Assembly (NCBI GenBank): GCA_964247055.1
Contig: OZ176050.1
Location: forward strand, 2,604,001-2,668,000
Direction: 5' to 3'
DNA from: Paragordius varius
Taxonomy: Eukaryota; Animalia; Nematomorpha
Length of the DNA stretch: 64,000 nucleotides
Below the pieces are notes generated by a model. It had not been told where the DNA came from. It saw nothing but the letters and a program-made list of their open reading frames with translations, and made no database searches. The translations under genes were made by a program, and so were the position numbers. This document shows, one piece after another, positions 51,990-64,000 of the stretch. How positions within the stretch are numbered: position 1 is the stretch's first letter; every line of letters begins with the position of its first letter.

Positions 51990-53320
51990 ATGCCACTTTT
52001 TGGTAAATCCCATAAGAGCCCTCAAGAGTTAGTTAAAATACTGCGAGAGGCGCTTTTGGTTTTGGAGAAAGGAGATAAGAAAATTGATAAAGTATTTAGT
52101 ATTTTATATTTATACAGGCTTCGGAAGATATCAGTAAAACCCTAGGAACTATAAAAAATTTGTTGTGTGGCTCAGGAGATCAAGAACCACAACCAGAAGT
52201 AGTTGCCCAGTTGGCTCAAGAAATCTACAATGCCAATCTTTTTTTCCTTTTAATCAAGAATTTGTCTAAAATTGATTTTGAGGTATTGATTTATTTATGA
52301 TTTTTTTTTATAATTATAGAGTAAAAAAGATGTGACACAAATCGTAAATAATTTATTAAGGCGGCAAATAGGCACGCGTTTTCCAACCGTCGAACAAATT
52401 TGCAATAAAAAGGAAATTCTCACTACGCTTCTCAATGGGTATTTTTTTGTTTCAATTATTATTATATATGCGTAAATATTCTTGATACATATAAAATGTC
52501 CAAAACTTCTCTTATTTATTGGTAAATCGCTAATCCTACCAACTACAAGTAAACTAATCATCAATACATAATATTAGTGTCATAATAAACAAAACTTTTT
52601 ATATATGGTGTTAATATCCTTAATATCTTTTTGCAATTGTATTCTGCGCTGGTCTGGTTGATTTAAAACTTATATTTAAGTCTATATATTAGTCTCTTTC
52701 TATGTTGGTTCCGTTATTTTATTTTTCCCATTCAAAATCAATATTTTTTGATTACATTTTATGGTCTGTCTGACTTTCTTTTTTCTGTATGCCTTTCCTT
52801 TTTTTCGATCTATTATTAGATCATAATATACATTTTTTGTTTGTCTGGTTACATTAGGAAAACCACATAGACACTTCAATATCTTAATTAACACAGGACT
52901 ACAATAATTAGGCTACATATTTCGAAATTGTTGTCACCATGTTAATAACCTCAACTTTGATATTTTATTTTTTGGTAATTATTTTTGACATAGAAAACTC
53001 TAAAATTTTATAATCTTTTTCACATTCATGTAATTTTTATGGCGTTCAAGACGAAATTGATAAAATCTATGCCATAAATTAATTTAGTCAATTTGTTGTT
53101 TGCATAATTTGCTTCAACAAATTAATTAATTAATTTTAGCAATAAATGATAAGTAGGAGGTTTAATGTTTGCACGCATACACGCTAAGATTGTTACATAT
53201 CTTGAAACATTTTTGGCACTTTGTTTTATATTGTGTTTTATCTCTCAGTTTTATATATTTTTTATTCAATTTTGACTGTCGTCATTTAACATTTACTTTA
53301 CTATACAAATCCAATCCAAT

Positions 53321-53361
<41 letters not shown>

Positions 53362-56300
53362 AATGAATATTTTAATTTCTTTTTAATGTTAAAATTATTG
53401 TGTTGACATTACTTACATAATACATATTTTTCTATATGTTAAAAATGAAAAAAAACAGGAAGTTGTTTTATAAAATACAAAAATTTTATGTAAAAACACA
53501 ACTATTTGGCTTATAACCAACCATATATGAGTATATTCGGCAAATAAAATACTATTGCACACACACTGAGACATATTATTCGCAGAAAGAGGATTGTCAA
53601 CTTTGTCACCTTAATTTAAAAATAATTATATTTTACTGTTTTCTTGTTATTTGTGTTTTTGTTAAACTATAACTATGTAGTCCAATTACCGTTTATAAAA
53701 TTGTTTTTCATAGGTTATAAACCATGTTAGGTCAAATAATATATTTTTATAAATTATTAAAAATTTGAATATAAGTTTAGGGAAATTTATAACTTACATC
53801 GGTAATAAATGTTTGAAAAGAAAAAAAATATGGTTTAGCTTTTCATATAAGGTAATTAAAAATTAAAAGAATATTTAAATTAGCTTAGTTTCTTTATGAT
53901 ATATTAAACTTTTTCAAAAAACCATAAATCAATCATTTTGTCGGTTTTACTTGCGTTTATATATACATTGCTCGTATATCATTAGGTTAATTTAGATAAT
54001 TTATTCGCTTTATTTTGCAGTAGAGCCAAAATAAGAGATATATAAAATCCATCATTATATTTATTTAAAGACTGGGCACTCACATATATATTAAAAATTA
54101 TCTCACTTTTGAACATAAAAAATTGTTTTTTATGATTATTATTATATTTTGAAATGGTAATATTTGTGGGAGGATACATGCAATTTTTAACCGTTGTTTT
54201 ATGCAACTAAAATTTTATTCGATAGTTTGATATTAGTGTTAATCTTTTGTAGTGGGTTAGCTCAGACCCATATTTGATTACTTAATTAATCCAAAATAAA
54301 TTTAAAAATTTCATATTACAAGGAATTATAAACGATGTATATATATATCACAGGTATGAAAGTCAAGATATTGCCTTGAATTGTGGTATGATGTTGAGAG
54401 AATGTTTAAGACATGAACCCTTAACACGCATTATTCTGCATTCTCCGGAGTTTTACAATTTTTTTGCGTACGTTGAAGTGCCCACTTTCGATATAGCTTC
54501 CGATGCCTTTGCTACTTTTAAAGTAATTAAATTTTTATTTGTTGAAATTTATTTTTATATCGCGATATAAGTCTACAAAAATATTCTTCAGTTTTCAAAA
54601 TTAACATACAGTAAAGATTCTAATTATACGGATAAAACGTTAAAATATAAAGGCAAATAATTTTTTTTCTAAAAGATAACCATACCTTTTTAAATCTTGA
54701 TGTTTTGAATATAACTTATTATTTATTGCAAAGTGTGAAATATAGATATATATTATTAACACAATTGATTTTATAATAAATCATAATTAAATGGCTTATA
54801 TAGGAATTATTACGTTATTTGAAAAAGTATGGTTGTGTTTTAAAAAAAATTAGTTGTCCTACTTATATTTTTACGTTTTGTCCGTATAATTTTAATTTTA
54901 CTGTAAAATATAATCTTTAATATAACCTTTAAGGATTTTTTACCAACAAGGAGGTTACCCTTCGGATAGATGTGCGCCATAAGCATCGGTCCTGCGCATC
55001 TTATTTTCAGATTTAAAATACCCAAATCGTTTTCTACAATAGAAAGCTAACTTTGTAATGGACGTCCTTTACGATTTCGCAAACTTGTAGAAAAATTGAC
55101 CATCAGTGCGGTATAGCCAACTTTCATGTGGGCGTCGGTGAACATGTCCCGCAAATCTCAGACGATTTGTGCGCAAACAGTCGATAAGCGGAGTCATTTG
55201 TAGGACAGTATATGAATCAAATTTATTATTGTAATTATAGAGGTTTGGGTTTGTAGCATAAAGTATAGTTTTTAGAATTCTCCTTTCCGCTTGTTGTAAC
55301 TTTAGTGAATTTGTTTTGGTTACAGCAATAGCTTCTGTTGCGTATATTAGAACGGGTCGTATGGTGGTGGTGTACATAGTCGATTTGGATTTGAATGAGA
55401 TGTATTTTTTGTTTATAATACTTTTGAGTTGGTGGTATTTGACCAGGCATTTTTTATTCTCTTGTTGGGTAGTTTAAGGCCCCCACCAGCGCTTATAATG
55501 TCACTCAAATATGTGAAACTTTGTACTGTTTCAAAAGGTTCTTCATCACGTATTTGTGGAGGCTTAGTTGGGTTGGGCGTGGTGCAATTGCTGCATATAA
55601 AATCGTGATGTTATTTTAGCGATTTCCACTGAGAGCATTTTTTGTGGATCCATTTTTTACATTTGAGACATTGGATTGCGTTGGTTTTGACTTCTTTTTA
55701 TTACATATTGAGCAGGGCCATTTAATGAGATTATATTATTATTTTTGTTTTTGATACATTAACCTTAAGTCCAAACATCTCTAGCCGTTTTTTCCATTTC
55801 GCGAGATTTGTGTTTAATTGCACTTCACCGTTTGCCATTAATACCAAGTCGTCGGCGTAAAGGATGTTGTATGGTAAGCCTTGGTCTAATGGTTTAGTGA
55901 TTTCATCCATGATAGCAATAAACAAGAACGGGCTTAAGAGCTAGCCTTGATGCAGCCCAGCGTTAATTGAGAGAGAGTCGGAGTACCCTACGCTTGTCGC
56001 CACCTGAGCTTTGCACTCGGTATATAATGTCATTATTGATTTAACCATTTCGTCAATGCCCTTGTTTTATAGAACCCATGGGATTAGAGCTCCCGAATCA
56101 AATGCCTTTTCAAGGTCGATGAAGGCATAAGATAAGGGGCTATTTCGAAGGTGTGCTTGTTGAAGTTGTCTTAGTATGAAGATGGCGTCTGTCGTTCCTT
56201 TGTTTGGTAATATCACACGGCATTTCATATATATATCTATCCTATCTTTTAATTTATTTAATAGAATAAGTTTAAATAGTTTAATACCATGTTCGAGTAA

Positions 56301-58903
56301 TTTTATTGGGCGATAGGAGTCAGGGTTAAGTCTGTCCCTTTTGCCCTTATAAAGGGGTATTATTAAGCTATTGTTCCCTTTGTTTGGCGTTTGTGAGATT
56401 CGTTCGTTCTAAACAGCTGTAAACATTATAATCTATTTGAACTTATCCCTTTTCCCACCTTTTTTCTACTACATATTTTCCTCCCGTTCGGGAGGTTGCG
56501 GAAAGGAATCCCATCTTCGCGAAAAAAATTTGGTGAAAAATCGAAATTCCGGATAGCGACTTGGAATGTTAATTTTACTGTAAAAATATTAGTAATTTTA
56601 TTTGTGGAATTTGGAGTAATACACTTCTGTTTTAAGCATAATATATTTGGTTGTTTATCATCATATATAATTGTAATTGATATATTTGCTTAAATATGAG
56701 TGTAAACCTTACAAAGAGTAATGGATAACACATAAATGATTAGGTAAAAAAACAAAAATTGCTTATGTTAATTTCCGATTTTATGGAAAAGCAAGGATAG
56801 CAGACAAAACCATTGACCTTATTTTGTAATATTAAGAAAAATGTTTTAAATGGATGATACAAATAAAAAAATGTTTTATTATATTCAGTTTTACATTTAG
56901 GCTGATAATAAATTTCGCTGAAAAGTTTGCCTTCATTAAATTGCATTTATTTTAAAATGTGTAATCGCAATAACACAATATTTCGCAATTATTTAATGTG
57001 AACATTTTTACAGAATTATTAAAAATAATATATAGCGATGGTATTTCCTCCAAAAAATTTAAAGGCTAACTCTTGTTTTAAGCCTCCCTTATAAAACCGA
57101 TAATTTTTTTGCTGTTTGAAACATTTGTAGATATTTCTATTCAAAACAAATACATTAAAAATTTAATGAATAATTTAGGGCCATAAAAAGCACTCTTAAG
57201 ACCTCATGCGGCCCGTGGACCACGGTTTAAGCGCTGATATATAGCTTTAAAGTTTTTTTAACAAAATTATCAATTCTTTTATAGTTTAAAGTCAACATTA
57301 CCTTTTATTGGTAATTTTGGTGACCTTTTGTTAATTCCATTATTTATTTCAACATGGAGTTTTTTTATTTACAGAATAAAAATCAAAGTTTTCTTACAAA
57401 ATTCTACCTTAAAAGTCCTATAATTTTTTTTATTTATGTTAAATTTTTTTAATTTTAAATATACATAATACTTGTTGAAATATGGTTGTTTTTTATAAAA
57501 TATCTTTAATTTGATAAAGGCAAAAAAATGGGTTATTATCTAATTTTATATAGATTATACTTTTCTCCACAATTAATTATGCGTCCAGTCTAGAAAATTA
57601 TTGTATATAATCGATAACTTTTTTACTTATTTCGCATAAAATAAATGATATTTAAATTTTTGGAAACATTTACAAAAGAATATTATATTTGTAATGCTTT
57701 TTATAGGACCTTTTAACGCGTCACAAATTTCTAGCCAGCGAATTCCTCGAAGCCAATTACGACAAAGTATTTACGCATTATCAAAATCTTTTGATTTCCG
57801 AAAATTATGTTACAAGGCGACAATCCCTGAAGGTAATATTTATGAATTACTTAATTTTTCATTATAAAAAAATTTACCAATATTATCTCAATTTTGATTA
57901 TTATTTAGTTATTGGGCGAATTGATTCTCGATAGACATAATTTTAATGTTATGACACGGTATATTAGTAATCCAGAAAACTTGAAATTAATGATGAATTT
58001 GCTAAAAGACAAAAGTCGCAACATTCAATTTGAAGCCTTCCATGTTTTCAAAGTATATTGAAATTTTAAATAATTATCCACATTATTATTAATAAATTGA
58101 AATAAATGCATAAAACCCGAAAATCATAAGACTATATCTATATAGGATCCTTTAACTTAGATTGGTTTATCATATTTGTTTAAAAATGTTTTTACACTTT
58201 ATTATGTCTTATATATTATCAGTAAGATACATAAAAAATTACTATTTTTTAATTGCCTTCATTAATTGTTCTATATTCACGTCTCACCCCTTTTAAATCT
58301 ATTTATTGTTTTACCTTTATATAGGTATTTGTAGCTAACCCTAACAAAACAAAAGCCGTTGCAGACATCTTGCTCCGGAACCGGGATAGGCTTGTTGAAT
58401 TTTTGTCAAAGTTTCAAAATGATCGGACAGACGATGAACAGTTTAATGATGAGAAGGCTTATCTCATTAAACAGATTAAAGAACTTAAAGTTAGTAGTTG
58501 TACGCCACCAATCTCTACAGTAACCAGCAACACTGTAAATTCTAATCAAGCCAATTTAAGTAATGTAAGCAATAGTTCTTCATCTGGCCTTAACACAAAC
58601 AATAATGGTAATGAGAGTTCTTTCTTTGGAGATTCTGTTTTAAATAGTCCCCCTCCCCCACCTCAAGCAGTGGTTGGACAGACTAATAATAAAAACAATA
58701 CAGGGTTTTCTCATCATTCAAATAACAATAATATGGTATCATCCACCATACCAACAAATAACGTTATGGGTACACCACAATACGTTAATAATAATAGCTC
58801 ACATCTAACAAATCCTAATACCAATAATGTATTATCATCATCATCTTTTAATAATACACCACTTTCGAGTCAACATCACCCACCCTATAATATGCCTAGA
58901 TAA
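51990..58903 (+). CDS. CAB39: Calcium-binding protein 39 / MO25, 467 aa; exons 51990-52091, 52118-52282, 52320-52438, 54354-54522, 57707-57832, 57909-58052, 58325-58903
   Basis: [113 protein letters not shown] and DEQFNDEK are MO25 signature segments. All introns are GT-AG and in frame. Confidence 0.97.
54900..56420 (-). mobile_element. RTE-clade non-LTR retrotransposon remnant (reverse transcriptase), 5'-truncated, antisense in CAB39 intron 4
   Basis: [80 protein letters not shown] and RLRFAGHV, with stops and frameshifts. Confidence 0.9.
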
Positions 58904-61393
58904 TGAAAAGAGTTTTGAAATTTAAAATTTAGTAAAATTTATTAAGCCAAAGAAAGTTTTCCCCGCGTTTTTTTTTTCATTTAGTTTTTTTTGTTTTGAG
59001 AACAATAATAATTTGGTGCTTTTAAAAATATTTAAGTTTTACAATACTTTAAGTATCAAACGTTACTCCAAGTTTGAGATGGTTTCATAAGCTATTTGTG
59101 ATACCCTTATTAACTGTTATATCACTCATTTTATTATATTTTATCTAAAACAATACTAATATTAAATCACATTTTTCTGCCCTCAAAACTACTTATCTAC
59201 ACCCGTTAAAATTCTATTTCATCTAAGACGAAATGATTATCGTTTTTTACATTTAACCTGATGCATTTAGCTTTTATTTTTTCTCTGATACATATATTAT
59301 CATTTTTATTTGCAAACCAATGAATGGTAATCCGTCATACCTTATATAATGGTCAATTTTGATGAATTAGTATTGTTGATGCAAATATGCCACACATATC
59401 ATATTTATCCATTGTGCTATTACTATATGAATGGTTTTTAAATAATTTAGCGAAAAATAAATATTTCACACATGTACACAATTTATTACATGCTGCATCC
59501 TAATTTTTGGATACCCAGTAGATGATTAATGTAGAATCCTTTATTTCTATATAAAGTTTTCAAAAAATAGTAACACATAAAAGATATATTTATGAGGCAA
59601 ACTAATTTCTGGTTAAAAGGAAAACAACTTTTTTACCTCACTAACTTATACCCTCTTTTTTAAAGAAATTTTTTAACACATATATTTGCCTTAGTATAAA
59701 TCTCGTTACAAAAAGTTAATAAGTGTACAAAAATTAATCGTTTAAATTTTTCATATATAAATTATGCGAACATTATATGAGATATTTCTTATTTTATTAA
59801 ATATGATTTTTACATTTTAGTCGCTTTACTTTATAAATAATGTCAAACTTATTAAAAATAACTATAAAATTATTTATTTTACTCTAATGAAAATAAATAA
59901 CGAAAAACAGCTGATTGAGTATTTTCCTTTTATGCTGAGGACACCCGATTTTTTTCGGATTCATAATGCTTTTTGAGATCTTTATCCAAAAATATAAAAA
60001 TTATAATTGCATTTTTGACCCTAAATTTGGCACAGCATATCTAAATATATATATATATATATATATATAGTTATTACAGTGACGTCATAACCTTTTTTAT
60101 ATAAAATTAAGACTTTGCATTCATAAATTTTATAGCTTATAAATGAACGCTCAAATCGGGTATTTTTAAGGCTTAAATATGCGTACACCTCTTAAATGCA
60201 TTTTAAAACTAATTCTGTATTGTTATAAATTTTATGGGTGCAAAAAAATATATAATGCATTTAACAAATTATTTTAAAATATAATTGAAGGAAGCCACTT
60301 TAAGTTTATTTTCCGTTAAAACACTTCGGCTTTAATTTCTTTATTCCCAATCTTACTGTTTAATTACTGTATATGATTTCAAAACTAGATTTACCGTTAA
60401 TTCATCCAACTAAAATTTTTAATAAATTTTTTCTTTTTTTAAATAATAAATATCAAAAGTACCTTTTTGAATCTAGTTTTTCTGTTAATTTCGAGGTAAA
60501 TTTAACTGTTATCAGTATTATCCACAATTATACTTTTTTTGTTTGAAACCCGTATATTATTGAAAATCTATTCATCCCTATAGAACCCTTTTTTAACCAT
60601 AATATTTTTCTTACAATTAACATTTGATTATAAAACATGCAGAAAATTAATATATAATCAACAACCTTTTACACAACATTTGGCTGACTACATTAGAGAA
60701 ATATCTCATAAATATACTAATATGTATTAATAATTGGTCTGGAAATTAGTTATACTATTTTATATGTTTAATACAAAGGTGAGTGCAAAATATAAATGTT
60801 ACCCATTTAAGTATAATATCGTTCAAATACATTAAAGTGCATCAAAAATGTAAAATATTCATGAAAACATTATTGACCTATGATAAGTACCCCTTAAACA
60901 ATTCATAGCTTTATTTGCAAAATTTTTAGTAACAAGGAAGCTAAGTTACGCGTCATAGGAAATTAGGATAATTGAAAAATTTTCTAAAATTTTCAATGTT
61001 AACCAAAAAAGTATTAATGTGATGCCAGACCAAATTAATTTCCCGTTATTCTTTGTGTGTGCTTTTTTAAAAAAATAAAAATTTTGTTTCAATAATTTTG
61101 AAGTGTTATCTTTACCTCCTGTTAGTGGATAAAATATATATTTATGAATTTCTTATCACATTCATTTGGTGCCACACATAAACTTCCCAAATTTGTAACA
61201 GAAAGAAATAAAAGGATGCCAAAATATATTTATATTTATGGTTATAACTACTGTTTTAACAACGCTATTCTTGCACTTTTATTTTATCGTGTATCAGAAG
61301 AAGTTTTGCAATAATGATTTGTTATTGCAAAAACTCAGTTTTCTTACATCTTATTTTTGACATAATAAGTCAATAATTTAAATCATATAAACT

Positions 61394-62617
61394 ATGTTTA
61401 GTCCTTTAGCTATCAAAAATAATTCGATCGAAAACGCTTCTACTATTGTGGATGCTGCAATTATTCCACTTTGGATGTATTGGTTAGCGGGTTGGATATT
61501 GGCCAATTTATTCTTTTTTGGCGTTATTGGGAATTTATTTTCATTTTATGTCATAGTCAGGTAAATATTATTACGTTATTATTTCTAAATAAAACTACCA
61601 CTGAATTGATAATTTTTTTATATTCAAGAATTTCTAAATCTTCGAAATACATTATCATTACCCATTTTTAAAGTTAAGGAATTTTTTTTGTACATAATTT
61701 TACATGTAATTGATAGGTTAATGAGTTAAAAAATGGCAAATCTTATCGTTAAAAGATATTTTATCCTAGATAGGGTTAATAATATTAGATTTTATGATCA
61801 CATTTAAATTCTGTGAAATTCATAAATACAATATTTTAATTAAAAAAAAGTTAATAAAAATATTGATTTTTCAAAATTTATTATCTTCCTAAAAAATCTA
61901 ATCATGGTTATTTTTTATGTAAATACACATGTATCAATCATTGCCACCAACAACCAATATTGGCAATCCAATTGCTTGCTTAAGCAAATATTATTTATTA
62001 CGTTTCTAGAACAAAGCGTCTGCATACGCCTTCCAATTTTCTGATACTTAATTTGATTGTGTCTGACACTTTAATGTTATGCATGAATTGCCCTTTAACT
62101 ATAACGAGCAGCTTTCATGGAAAATGGATGTTTAAAGATTCAAGTATCAAAATTTATATTAAAAATGAAATATTTTAAACATAAACTTTTATCTAAAATT
62201 TGGACACAAACTAGTAATGTCAACTAAACATAAATGTTCGGGCCGCTTAGTGCGTTATTTAATTCGCTTATATGTTGCTTAAAATTAAATCTAGCCTAGA
62301 ATTTTTTAAAATTTTTACAAAATCTAATTTAAAGCAGATTTCTTTCTAAAATAATTTTAGCTTGTAAATTCTACGGATTTTCCGGATGCTTTTTCGGTAT
62401 ACTTTCCATAAATGTCATTGCTTCGATTGCGGTAGAACGAGTGTATGCCATCTCAAGTAACTTACGAAAGAAAAAATTTTCTATAACTATTGTTATCGTA
62501 ACACTGCTCTTTAATTGGTTGTATTGTCTGGCTTGGTCATTGTGCCCTTTGATGGGATGGAACAATTATATTTTGGAAAAATCACTGATCGGTTGTTCAA
62601 TCGATTTCGCTACTCAG
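61394..62617 (+). CDS. Opsin-like rhodopsin-family GPCR, 5' part (TM1-TM4 plus ECL2); exons 61394-61560, 62010-62143, 62361-62617; remainder not found in the window
   Basis: FGVIGN, RLHTPSNFLILNLIVSD, GKWMF, CKFYGFSG, SI..IASIAVER and PLMGWNNYILEKSLIGCSIDF match opsin TM1-ECL2 patterns. The retinal-binding Lys in TM7 is not in the window. Confidence 0.8.
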
Positions 62618-64000
62618 GTACTATCACCTAATATTATAAATGGTTTTTCAAAAAAATTCCCTGAGTTTTAAAGTTTATGTGTCATCTCAATTTGAGACAA
62701 AACAACTTTAGCCTTTCTATACTTTGATATCATATATTTTTTATCTGTAACTCAATTTTAATCCGATTTATGTCTTGTCTTCTTATAAATATAAAAGAAA
62801 CCTAACCACTTAATATGATTAATTACATTAGCAGAATCGTTTAGCTAAGGCAGAAGGCTCATTAATATTTTATTACACATATATCGCTTAAGTAATTATG
62901 AAACTACTTTATTAACTGATAAACAATACAAACAATTTTTCATTATTACATCAATATTTATTATGGTCCTTTCAAAAATTGATTATCGTTCAAAAACCCA
63001 TATTAACTAAATTTAAAGCGGTTGCGTGTAGATTATAATTTAAACAAATTTATTGAAATAATCCTCCTTTAATTGCAATACTTGTTCATAAAAATTAAGT
63101 TAAAACGACATCTTACTTTTGCGTATATTTTAAAAAAACACCACGATATATTATTTATATGGGCAGTTGAATCTTACACTTAGATTTAACCTATATTTAC
63201 GCCTCTTTTATCAGAAATAGAAGTTTTTTAATTTTTGTATTTTTCAATAGAGAAAATTTTTAGAAGATGTAAAAATTTGAGGATTGCATTGCATGGAAGG
63301 AAAATAAACTCAGAAAACCGATTTAAGCAGTTGGTTATTTCAAAAAATTTGTTATAAATTTTTAAAACTTTGAAAATTAATGTAAAATGGGATTTATAAG
63401 TTTTCGATAATCTTCGACATTTATAAAGTAAAGCGTCTTAAATGCAAAATCAATTTTTAATATAAATATTTTAGAAAATGTAGAAATTTGTATTTGAGGT
63501 GTATCTATGATAAATTTAACAAAAATATCAGTTTTATTTCAAAAACACTAGTGTCACATAAGCTTACTTAAATAACATGTGATCAACCCGTTCGGTACCT
63601 GAGTTTAAATATTTAATTAATTTACAAAATTTAACTTTGCATTTTAATAATATTAGCTTTATAATTAATTACTAGGATTTCAATTATTTGAATATAAGCA
63701 GATACGGAACTAATTTTCTACTGCAAATATCAAAATTGTGTGCATAACTACGCGTATTTAAATACTTACTTTATTAGTCAAATTTACATTAGGCCCAGAT
63801 ACAAATTTTTACGAGATTATATAAAATAGTTGAGATTTTGATTCAAAAATCTGATTTTATCATTTTAGTGACTTTTCTTTATAATTGAAGCTTATTGAGA
63901 CACAGCTTTAAATTATTTAACCATTTATAATTTGTAAAGTTTTTTTTACCAAGCCAAATCAATATTTATAACTATATGGCTAAAGCTTTAATTAAGAAAA

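Noticed and set aside
38645-54206. Assorted 60-90 aa ORFs from the ORF track outside the annotated exons
   Set aside because: F/I/K/Y-rich composition typical of AT-rich non-coding DNA; several lie inside MITEs or are antisense to host exons.
60080-60087. TGACGTCA CRE-like site ~1.3 kb upstream of the opsin-like gene
   Set aside because: A single 8-mer with no conservation data.
1-64000. CRISPR arrays, rRNA, tRNA, telomeric repeats
   Set aside because: No regularly spaced short repeats with unique spacers and no recognisable RNA-gene or telomere motifs; short repeats are (TA)n tracts and TE subterminal motifs.

Overview
Strongly AT-rich eukaryotic (animal-like) genomic DNA with spliceosomal introns; no prokaryotic features. 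The left 34 kb is a two-tier tandem array. Three near-identical units of about 5.6 kb (1-16176) sit next to an older, decaying array (about 16177-33970). The modules contain an unrecognised gene family (N-terminal CxxC-x6-CxxC, N/S/T/D-rich linker, predicted helical C-terminus), an inverted copy of that gene's own 5' half and upstream region placed at its 3' end, a Charlie/SPIN-type hAT remnant whose last coding segment is inverted, and several MITEs. At 34198-37667 is a Blackjack-type hAT element with an internal inverted duplication. The right 26 kb has many TTAA-flanked piggyBac-like MITEs, RTE-type LINE remnants and three host genes: ILRUN/C6orf106, CAB39/MO25 (with an unusual ~137-aa Asn/Ser-rich tail) and the 5' part of an opsin-like GPCR. 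Host introns go down to 25-26 nt. The best candidate for a new system is the amplified orphan gene with a built-in, conversion-homogenised inverted arm, a possible hairpin-RNA/antisense locus. All comparisons were done by eye; no database search was run.
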